A stretch of 64,000 nt of DNA, from the NCBI GenBank assembly GCA_030141605.1, contig JAQGDQ010000151.1, positions 124,001 through 188,000 on the forward strand, in the 5' to 3' direction. This document shows, in pieces, positions 13,701-25,700 of the stretch. The DNA is from Tubiluchus corallicola. Taxonomy: Eukaryota > Animalia > Priapulida. The stretch's first letter is position 1, and the number at the start of each line of letters is the position of its first letter. The notes under the pieces are model-generated. The model saw only the letters and a program-made list of their open reading frames with translations. It searched no databases and was not told the origin of the DNA. A program made the translations under genes and the position numbers.

Positions 13701-16700
13701 CCCAAAATATTCACAAATCTATATAGTTTGTAAAGACTTCTTTTTTGCAATTATTACTTATTAAACTTTATTTCAAATCCTGTAAAATTCAACTGAATTT
13801 GTTGTATTACACACAGCAAACGATACACTGCAAATTGCTTTGAGAAAACAATTTCATTCTAGAAACAACTTGAAATTGCAGCAACGAAGTTTCTCAAAAA
13901 ACATTTTTCCATAACTGACTTAACAGTCAGATTGACTTTTAAACATTGTTGACGTTTTAAATTTTGGGCAGTCATTTTTGTAGCAATTTTTAGCAATTTC
14001 TGGGAAGTTGTGTTTTCTAGGAAATAGTTTTTCTGTGAGAATTTTTTTTTTGGGAAACGCTTTCTCTGGGAAACAAACCTAATACCCTAATGGCTAGACC
14101 TACTGTTTGAAGAGGTTGGTCTGGAGCCTGTTTTATAACAGACAGTGTCATTGTGGATGAGGCACTACTCTATTCACTGCTACCTTACTAGGTATGCTCA
14201 GTGATACTAGTTTGTTATACCTCAGTGAAAGAGGTAGTCAGACCTTTGTACCAAATAAAAATGCTTAGATTCAAATTTCAAAGGATTCGCCCATCCATAC
14301 TCTTATCAAGGTCGTTGTAGCTTAACAATTACAAGTCATAACCACTCATTTATTTTTCTCTCCACCTCTGCTAAGTATTACTGTTGATATAGCTGTTGAT
14401 AAGCTGTTGATTTTATTTTACTCAACAAACCAGACATATTGCTTTCAGGTGGTTACCTCGTTTCAGCATAGAGCTGATATTGCAATTCATATTTTTAGTT
14501 TAACAAAAGCCTTATCAAAATTGCACAAAAGCAGATGGCTCAATAGATCCCTGGAAACAATTTATGTGGCTATTCTTCAGAGAACTGATCAATAAACGAT
14601 CACTAATCGACCAAAACTTAATAAATACATAATACTGATATATCTGGATTGAATGTACTGCCTCCTCAAAAAGTGTGCATGTGAAAGTGTTAAGGTGATG
14701 CAGTACTTGTCCAGTGCGTTTTGCAAGTTTATTTTAGTTTGGTTTACTGCCATTAAAAACATTCATGCATGTAATAATGGATTTATATAAGTAAACGTGT
14801 ATAAATAAAAATAAAAGGGAAAAAATTGTTAATAAATAATATAATATAACTGTTGGTAAACAATCAAACAGTAAATACAAATCAAACAATTATATCTCAC
14901 CACAAAGTCACCAGATTTATAGCACCACATTCACTAAAAGAAATACACCTTTTCAATAATGAAAATAGTTATGTATTTTATTTGGCATTATAAAAAGTAT
15001 GATTTTCATACTTCAATTCTTTTTAAAACACCAAATGCCTAGTTATTCCATAAAATAGGGCCATATAAATGTTGAAATTTTTCATAAGGTCAGTTCTTAT
15101 TTTTGCAATAATATGGTAATCATTGAGTTGCTTTGGACTTTCCATATAAAGCACTGTATTGTCTCTTGTAACAACATCATATAGCAACTTTTTTCTTGTA
15201 TCCAGATGTACTATGTGTCTAAATGGTCTATGTGTGCAAAAGTCATTTGACCAATTTTCTTGTGTCACAATGCCATATGCATCTTAATACCTTCTGTCTT
15301 CATATGTCCTTGTGCTTAAATATACTATGCGTCCAAATAGCCTCTGTCGAAATTGCTTATGTCAAAATAGCCTGTGTCCAAAATGTTACACCTACTTATG
15401 CCATGATGCTGACATTAGTATTAATAATTAGGGGTTAACTGAGTAAATTCATTGAATTACTATTTGTAGCGGCTTTTCATTCCTGGGCTCGAATGCATTT
15501 TTTACTTTCTTTAGTTACTGGTTAACTCATCATTTAACAGTTATAATTATTATTGGTATTATATTGTATTGGCTTTGCAAATGTTACTTTTCAATGTCCA
15601 GGCAAAGTATGAAATAAGGATTTTCTTAAACAAAGTTTATATTTTATTATGCTGTTTGTCTAGGTAAAGCATTGATCACAGATTTCAAAATAGAGTGTGA
15701 TCCATTTTTTGACGATGACACACCGCTTACCTACAAATTCTTCTACAAAACTGATCCTGAAAATTTAGATGATAAAGGTAGGTATCTTAATTTAAGACAG
15801 AATTTATGTATAACCATATGCAGTGCGTCATATGTAATAATTATACTTCACCTGAACTCTCCATAAATTGTGGTGTTCCTCAGGGTTCTGTTTTAGGACC
15901 ACTATTATTTTTGATTTTTATCAACGATATCAAAAACATTTTTACTTGTTCTCATATAATTCAGTTTGCTGGTGACACCACACTTTTTTCAATTTGCGAT
16001 CAATTTAGCCTTACTAACACAAATAATAGTTTAACAGAAATTTAGTAAAATTGTCTGATGGTTTGTTCTCCATTGTTTACTCTGCTGAAAAAGATTTTGC
16101 GTGATGAAAACCATGAAACAGGGTTTGTGGTGTGCAAGCTTTGTAAACACGTCTGTCATTCGTTTCGAGGAAGCCAGTTCGGACATCATGTCGTCCACCA
16201 CCATTAAATCTCCCGTTCGTATTTCCACATTTATGTCGTCACTGTACTCCATTTGTCGCAGTTCTTCGTCGGATGGCTGACTTTGCGATATCAACAACAC
16301 CCTCCTGGGTTTGGTATCGAACAATACGCTCCTACAGAGTACCAGATTTTTCACAAAAGTGCTGTTACCGGCATTAACATAATGCTACTAAATTGCAGTC
16401 TAGCATCGAAAGTTTGCTTCATCATAATCAACACACTAATTGTTGGATTAATTAATTTATTAATTAATCAAACAATTAGTGTGTTTATTATTAAATTAAA
16501 ATTAATTAAATAACTAAATTTTAACCTGCTAAATGCGTGTTCTTTTATAAGTTTTTAGTACTACAATCCATCAATATGTTTATAGCAAACAAAATGGAAG
16601 CGTGCAAACACATTCTACTCAAAACTGTGTGGGTGACTTGCTTGCACAAACATGTTCTACTCGATTGCAAAGCGAGTGTGGTTGATACGTCTCATGAGGG

Positions 16701-19700
16701 GATTGGTTGGTCTATTTTTAGTGCTGATCTTCCATTGGTTGTTGGCCATATACTAGAGTGTTTCGGAGCAAGTGCACTGATTTGCTTTGTGGATACCGTT
16801 GATGACACATCTCTCTCTGGATTAAAGAAGTTATGAAAAACACATACAGCAGTTTTTTCTCTCTCGTAAGATTTCTCTGCATCAGTCAGTACATCCATAC
16901 AGGTGCAATTTCAAGGGGTGTACATTTTGTTTTCATTTCACATTCGAGTAGTTACGTAAAATTTTCGCTAATTAAAAAGAGCAGGAATGCCTTCAAATAT
17001 TTTTTGTCCATTTATTCTTAGGTTCATTTTCGACGGTGTCCTAAATATGATATCATTAGTAAGATGACAATTAGGGGCAAGAGCCTCGCCTTAACCGTGA
17101 TGGAATATCCAGACTCATGGCTAAGCAGAAGAAATTAAAGGTGGCATTGAGCAGTGGAAATAGTTTTAGCAAACTAGACATACAGTTGTCTGGAAGACTG
17201 AGTTTGCTGGTGGCTGACTGGTGGCAATGACTCGTTTCCCTTGAATTTCGAAGGAATTTGAACGTTCTTCAAGTCGTCATTTCTTCTCAAGCGGTTTGCT
17301 CAAACCGAAACTTGCCCACTATTGGGACAAAGAGGAGATAAAATTCACACCTCCAGGCATGTTATTTCTCTCTGAGCAAATCTTCGGACAATGGACATCC
17401 AGACCTGACATTGCCACTAGACGAAGCATAGAAAAAGAACAGACCATCATTCCGGGCAAACCTGGCGTCAACCTCCAACTGCAAGAGTATGAGAAAATGA
17501 TAAAGGAGGTGGAAAAACTAGAGTGCGACACTGGATACTATGAAAACTGGTTGTTGCAGCGAAGCAAACTGAGCATATGGGAAGGATATGAATCGAAGCT
17601 GTAAAAGATCTCAAGATAATGGATGGACAATACGTCATTCTCAATCGAAGAGTACGCCAGATATTGGCGAGCGAAAACGAGTTCATAGGGCAATCAGTGA
17701 ATAACCTATGGCACAAAAAGCTTCCAAAAACAATGACGACAGTGACAACGTCAATGGTAGTGGCACTGAAACCATCACCACTACCACCACCAGCAGTGGG
17801 GACAGCGTGCTAGCAACAACAGCAAGTATCAGAGTTGGAGAAAAATGACTCATAATTCATCTGGATAAAGAAGAAGATCAGGGCATAGCCAACTTGTTTA
17901 CTCTGCCTCTGTGACCCCCACCCATGTTTCACCCATTTTGGCTACTGCTCCTGAATAAACTGAAAAATTTTTGCATCATGTAAAAACTTATCTTTTCTTC
18001 TCTTGTGGGCTTTGCAAAATCCACCTGCTCCCTCCAAACCGGCAACAATGTCAACAACAACCACGACTGCATGTGCCGCCATGAGGAGGCAGACGTATCC
18101 ATCCTAGCAAAATTTCGTGCCATCGGCGGCAATAGAGTGCTGCAGAAATACACCTTTGAGAAAGTCAAGTAATTGCTCTTTGAAAACAATCAGAAGAATA
18201 TTGTCATAGTCGGCAAACTGATTGCCACAGATGAGTGAATCGGGCATTGTCCTCACCATAGATGCCTTCCAGTGCAGGAAGAATACCAAGTGAAAAATTT
18301 GATAATTCACGAAATAGAAACTGGCATATATCACAGCTACAGTTTCAAACCGCCTCACCCATGGCATCGAGTTCCCCACTACAAGCGATCCACTTACAAC
18401 TATCAGAGTAGACACATGGCGCCTTGTGGGAGGAGGGTGTTGAAGTATTCGGAGTTAGACGACATTGTACGACAAACCAGCAGAAACCGAATCATGTATG
18501 TGAAAAGGCTCGAGATGTACAGATTCGTCAAAAAACATCTACCCAAAAATCTCGTAATAGTAAGCATAGAGGATCTATAAAATGAACGACCGCCGCCGGC
18601 CATACGATGGCAGAGCGATCCGGGCAGCCGAAACCTTGGCCAACTATCTACTAATTCTACGATCAGAACAGTCAACATCGTCACCGCGGCTTTGTTCGTG
18701 CATCATTTCAATCTGAAGTTGCTGCAAGCCAGGTTGGGTGGAAAACGGTACACTTGGAAACTGCAAATGCTTCTGCTGAAGCAAGGGAGTGATACTTTGA
18801 CCTCCGGATCAGCAGTTATTAATGGATTTTCACAGAAATGAAACACAGAAAATGCCATCCTTGAACTCTCTAACACAACGGACTGACACTCTCTGCACCT
18901 GCAGTAATTCAAACAATCACCAGGGCTAAAATTCCCTACAGACTGAACCTACTTGCACTATATCGGGAACTCTTAAAGTTACTGTGTTGTTTTAATGAAG
19001 TACTTCACGAAGTAGAACTTTTTCCCAAATTAACTTGTAAATGTGGTTAAATCATGCTAAATGTTTATCACATTGGAAGCATAATAATGATGGGGGAACA
19101 GACTTGAAAGGTTTCTTGCATGTTTCTCTTAAATTTAATGATTCCGTATACAAGAAAATATTGTTTGCTTGCCTGCTTAACGATTGTCATATGCAACTTG
19201 TTTGGGTTTTATGGTGACAAACAAACAAAGTCATCAAGTATTGCATAGCACAATATTGTATTGTTTGTACACCATCATCATAGCACCATCAGATGTCACC
19301 ACCTCACACAAGTAAGAACAGGTAAGTTAACTTAATCTAATCAAACGCACATTTAACTATTATTATTTGAAATGCAAGAACAAATATTTTGGTTATTTAC
19401 AAACAAAAATCCTTGACATCGCCTCCTTAAATGTATGTTAGACATTTACTATTTACTACAAAGAGTTTAACAGAGCAAACATTCGATCTTTATAAACTGT
19501 ACAATTCAATTTTTACAGTGCTTCTCCTTTAAACTCATGAAGTGAGCTTTCTATCAAGCATCATCTGTGAATGGGGGCGCTGCAGTTGCCCATCCTTTCT
19601 TTTTAGTGTTACGCTTCTCACTAGGCTGTCTCTTCCAACATGTTTTTCCGTTATTCGAGCAAGAAGCCAACAGCTTCTGGGGATTTCATCCATTATCAGT

Positions 19701-22700
19701 ACAACGTCACCTATTTCGACATCCTTCTTCTGACGATTCCATTTTGAGCGGATCTAGAGAAGCGGCAAGTATTCTGTCTGCCAACGTCGCCAAAAGACAT
19801 CAGCTAACTATTGGATCTGGCGCCATTTGCGGCGATAGATGTCTGCTAACGTTAACTTTCCAGGAGGTAAGTTTGTTAGGTTACACTTTGCCAACAGCAG
19901 GTGATTGGGTGTCAGAGCACTACAGTCTTTTGGGTCGTCCAAGGTTGCCATTAAAGGCCTACTATTTACAACGTTTTCAACAATGCAGAATAGTGTTGAG
20001 AGCTTCATCATCAAGAGCTTGTTCATTTGTCACAGAAAACAAATTCTTCTTGATATTCTTGAACATTGGTTCCCATACTCCTCCCATGTGGGGAGCTCGG
20101 AGCGATTACACTCCCATTTGATGTTCTCCTGGAGCAAGTCTGTCTGAATAATGCTGTGATTCCACTCTTTCATAGCTTTGGAAAGTTCATTATTGGCACC
20201 TATAAAATTAGTGCCACAGTCGGACCTAATTCTGTTAGGTTTGTTGCCTCTTCTGCTACAAAATCTGTGGAGTGCTTTAATGAAAGAATCTGTAGACATC
20301 GAGAAGATTACCTCCAAGTGAAGCTACGTGTGGCTAAACAAGTGAAAAGTGCTCCATAATGCTTCACCTAGATTCGACCGCGTTTGACCACAATTGGTCC
20401 AAAGCAGTCTACACCAACCGCAGAGAAGGAGCCTTGTTGAACTCTCTCTGGGGGTAAATTGGCCATATTTTGTTTCAGTTGTTGAGAGTAATGCAGCCTA
20501 CATTGTCTGCATTCATGGATTCCCACCATCACAATGCTCTACGGACTGAAGCCATGACATGTTCTCTTCCTGTATGTCCATTTACCTCGTGGAAGTGCTG
20601 TATGGCAAGCCAAGAGAGTTTATGATTTTTGGGAAGAATAACAGGATGGCGAGCTTCATGATCTGCTAAAGCATCTTACAGGCATCCGCCAACACGAAAA
20701 ATTCTCTCTTTGTCAATAAAGGGATCCAGCTTATACAGGCAGGATGATTTGGTTACGGAGTGTTCTCGGCATGTAGATTTGTTAAGGGAACACATCGTCT
20801 TATATTCTTTGCTGAAACTTTGTTTCTGTGTATGTCTGATCAGCTCATTCTGTGCCTCATTTAATTCAGTCAGAGTTAGATTTGTGGAGCAATCCATATC
20901 ACTTTCGCCAGAAGCTTTTCTGTGCAATATGGTTTTGGCTCGTAATAACCAGGCTAAACCTCTTTTTAGCCTGCAAAACGATTAGTAATGCTGCAACAAT
21001 TGATCTCTGACATTATTTGAAGTTCCTTTGCATTCTATGACGTTCACAGTGGCTGACTGCTTTACTTCTTTGTCATTAGCTAGTATGTCATCCGAGCCTA
21101 AATCAGTCTGCGGCCACGAAGCTTCATCTTTTTTTAAGAATGATGGACCAAACTTCCATCTATTGGAAAGTATCAATTCTTGAGCACTCATGCCTCGGGA
21201 TGCATCATCTGTCATGCATCAGTGCAGTTGTTTGTTGACTGTTGGGCTAACAAACCGCCATTAAGTTGGTGAAGAGACTTGCAAGACGAATGGCCAGATC
21301 ATTCCTAATGGGTCATAGACTGACGAAATGCAACTTAACATTCCTCATTTTATACTAGGTTTGTCTTTGAGTGAAACCAAAATCCCAAGGCAATCTTCCT
21401 CAACTAGCCATTTGACCCCCAGTATGCGATCAATTGGCAGAGGGCTCTGAGCTAAGGCAAGATTCTTGACTTCGCTTCCACGTTCTTCAACAGGCACAGA
21501 TGCCAAGACCTCATGTCTGTTGCTCATCCATTTAGTTATGTGGAATCCACCAAGAGACAATAAGGCAATCGGTTGCGAAACTAGATGCATGGCTTCATTC
21601 ACTGTGTTTAGCAATTTTAAAAGATCGTCCTCATAGAAGTTTCTCAAAATGGTAACGACAACATCTGCGGGAAACAGATTTGCATTGTCTTTTGCAGTCC
21701 TTCGCAAAGCAAATGATGCAACGCTCGGAGACCACACCCAAGCAAACAAGTGTACACACATTCTAAAAATGCATGGTTGACTGTTAAGATTCCCATCTTT
21801 CCACCAAAGGAAACGCAACATATCTCTGTGTTTTGGAGACACAATCACCTGGTGGAACATCTCCCGGATATCCTCTATTACTGCAATGGGATTGTCTCTA
21901 AACCGAAGCAAAACTCCAATGCACATGTTTGTAAGATCTGGCCCTTGCGATGCTAATTTATTTATAGATATTTCATTTGCTTCCGCTCCTGCATCAAAAA
22001 CGATGCGAGTTTTCTCCAATTTATTGGCATTAAATACCGAAAAATGGGGAAGAAACCATTTCCTGGAGTTAGGGTCATCATCGACCTCTTCTGCATACCC
22101 TTTCCTGAATAGGTCATTCATAGCTATAGTGTATCATTTGTGCAATTCTGGGTTCCTCTGCAGCCGTTTACGTAGACTTTCTAATCTAGTTGAAGCCATT
22201 TATAGCGTATCTGGTAAAACATCATACTCAGATTTAAATGGCATGTCCAACTGGTAATGCCCATGTGTTTTTGTGCTTGAAGCCTCCCATATATCGAGAG
22301 CACGCATATCATCTCTAGAGAATTGTCTGTCAGACTCGCTAATTTCAATTTGCCAGAATTGTTTTCTTTGCTGCTGCAAGGGATTGGTTTCTCCATATGA
22401 CAGTGCATTTGCCTGGGTCAAATTACTACAAATGCACCCTAAATTAGGAATGCCACCTCCTATAGGTCCATTAAGGGTCCAGCCTAGCTTCGTCTTCACA
22501 GCATGTGGGGTTAGTCTAGGACCTGTTTGTACCTCAAGGGGAATCAGTGTATCAGGAACATCCTGGCTGATCAAAAGGCCCAGCTCAGTTAGGTTCTGTA
22601 TCTGTGAACGATAGCGGGATTCCTTGCAAATGCGGCCATTGTTCTACCATGGCCAGGCAGTCCTTTTCTAGTAACAATGAAGGCCTAACAAAAACATAAG

Positions 22701-25700
22701 GCAAAGCTATTTTATTCCCAGTGTTTACCCCAATAACAGACATCTTCGTGATTAAAGTGTTTATCTTGGAATATTTCTCTTCTATAGTGGTTAAATAGAG
22801 CGTTCGTTTTTGTCCAGTAGCCCCAAGTTTGTCGAACAATGCTGCTGTACAAAAAGTGTTAGTCGAGCCAGGGTCAAGTAGGGCTAAAGTACGCATGGGC
22901 ATCTTCCCATCAACTTCAACCAAAACTGAGACAACAGGGAGAGCTACTTTGCCTCCTTCTTTAATACTAGCACAACTGCTAGAAGCCTCTGATTTGCAAT
23001 GTGTTGGCGCATTTTTCTCCTTGCTTTCATCATTGTTTTTAGAAGATGACATTTTCTCCAAGGCAGCAAATTTGAATGCTTATGACTGCAACCTTCTACA
23101 TCTCATCCTGCTTTGAAGCATCGAGCAGCCCTGTGCTTTCCTTTAATAAAACGATTGAAGCAAAGACCTTCTTTTCTGGCGATTTTCAATCTATCAGAAT
23201 CATTCATTGACTTAAATTTATTGCATAGCCTGAGTGAATGGTGTTCCATAGAATTACATAGAAAGCAAGGTATCTCTCGACGTTGAGAAGCCATTTTGCT
23301 TCCACTTCCGGTTGTATTTCCGCGTTGTCGTTCACTATTGTATTTCGCAATTGACACAAGTTCCTGCTCTGAGCTCGCTAAATACCCTTTGGGCTCCTGG
23401 TAGGCTAACTAACATTAATGTTGCCAAAGACAGGATGATTCATTTTGTCAGCTGCATCCTAAGTGAATTCGACTACATCCAATATCGTCCGATTCCTGTG
23501 CTCATATTTCAGAAGCCTGGCTACAACATCCTTCCACCTATCCTGGAACTTGAATGGGAGTTTTTTAATTAATTGTAGTAAACTGCACTGTGTATTAATT
23601 TGCAAACGTTTTTCACTATTTTCAAGGTTTCCACACAAGCCACAACCAAATCAGAAAATTCCTGTAACTTTCCTGACTCATTTATATTTGTGGGCTCAAA
23701 TTCAGCAATTCTGGAAAGCCAAACCTGTGTGACAACAATTGACAAGCCGAATCTTCCAGTTAAAAGCTGTTTAGCATGCCCATATGCAAAACGGCGGTAC
23801 ATGTAATTACAACTGTCAACAACTCTTAGCTTTACCAATGCAGAGTTGGGTTATCCTAGTGTACCTCGCTGCATTATCTTGGGTATAGTTCTCCACGATG
23901 GCTTCGAAACGCTTGATAAAGCTCCAGAACTTCATTACGTCACCATCAAACATTTCAAGCTGCACGTGGGGAAGCTGCATAGCATTGTACATTCTTAAGT
24001 GTTGTCTTTGGCCTTCCAACATGAGGTCCATAAAAACGTTCATGTCATTCTGACTAGCCCTACCGGAGAAATTCCTAGAATTATTTGAAAACGTTCATGC
24101 CATTCTGACTAGCCCTACCAGAGAAATTCCTAGAATTATTTTGAACCCTGTTACCATAAGAAGCCTGAGGCAATGTAGCCGGAAGTGGAAGTTGCGTATT
24201 CCCTGGGACGAAATATTTAGAGTTTGTTCAATCTGTGGTGATTTAAATGCAGCATGGAAGAACGGCGTAGTTTGTTTAACGCTCGGTTATAAACCGTCAC
24301 TGGGGGAATTTTCGAAGCAGGGCTGTACATCAGTCAAATAGATATCCCACCATCTACGAAGATAACCTGATTCATAGTCATCCGAAAAATTGACGGAGAT
24401 CTCCCCTTTTTCATATTCATTATAATCCCAAGGCTTGTTTCGCCCTAAAAAGTGCGCAACTTTAATCTTGCTACTGAACTGCTTCATTGCGAGAAGGTAA
24501 CCATAACGACCTTGGACGGAAGCATTATACACAAAAGGTAGACGCTTGTCAAACTGTGAACTCCAGTTTGGAAAGGCTAAATTTAATAAACCCTGTTCAC
24601 CGCCATCAAATGAACAGGCTTCAGTTTGTGAGTGACAACAATCTACTGTAAATTTCCAAACTAGGCTGAAATACAAACATCCCAGAATTAAAACAATCAG
24701 GCCACCCCACATCTGGGGCAGCTGCAAGCTCATTATAATTAAATAACTCATCAATATTATCTAATACTAAAGTATCAGCATCTAAGAAAACGCATTTAGT
24801 GAACTGTGTCATAGCCCAACAGTGCAATGTCGAGAATGTTACATTTACCTCTGGCCTACCTAGCAATTGCAAGTTATCAAAATCACTACTCTTTAATAAA
24901 TCAATCATTTGTACATAATCAAAAACATTACTATGCTCTGACATAAGTTTGCTAGGGGTGGGTGACCAAAATTGCTAGATGTCGAGTTGTACCATCTCGT
25001 CGCAAACTGTGTGCCAAGACAGCATAACTGTCGTTCGTTGCCATGGTGTGATAGGCCTCCATGGACGTATGATGAACTGCAGGCTTGGTGTCTGGTGACT
25101 GAGCTTTGGTGACGTCACACATTCATTGAAGCCAATCTTGTCCTTGTCCTTGGTTGACATGGGTTTCCTATCTAAAGTCTCGTCATTAGTTTCAGGTGAG
25201 GTCATGGTTGTACGCGACTTCTGACTGGTTGCACTACTATGTGAAGCAACTTCACTCTCAAGTCTCAACTGTTTTAATTTCATTGCTTTTAATTTAAGCT
25301 CCTGTTCCTGAATCCCAAGCAACCTTAATTCACTGACACTTTTCTTCGACCGTCTAAATTTCGACTGACTAGCACCTAAAGATGCTTTGGAAGGGCTGCA
25401 CTCACCAACTTGATACTGCGCTGTCTCTGTAGCTGCATCATACGATGACGTATCAGACACTTCACATGACATCACATTATATGAATGATCTGGATTCTGC
25501 TGACTTGTTAAGAGTCTGAATTAGCTCTTCTTTACTACCAGAAACTGACAGTTGTTTGGCAGCAGATATAAAATTGTTTGGGTTTTACGGTGACAAACAA
25601 ACAAAGTCATCAAGTATTGTTTAGCATAATATTTTATTGTCTGTACACCATCATCACAGCACATGCCCCTTCGTCATTTACTTCATATCAGACATGCACT

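Noticed and set aside
19542-24341. Plus-strand ORFs across the retrotransposon
   Set aside because: Antisense shadows of gag-pol with no recognisable motifs.
24287-24944. Functional host glycogenin gene nested in the intron
   Set aside because: Intronless, frameshifted, lacks the C-terminal glycogen-synthase-binding tail, and lies between LTRs.
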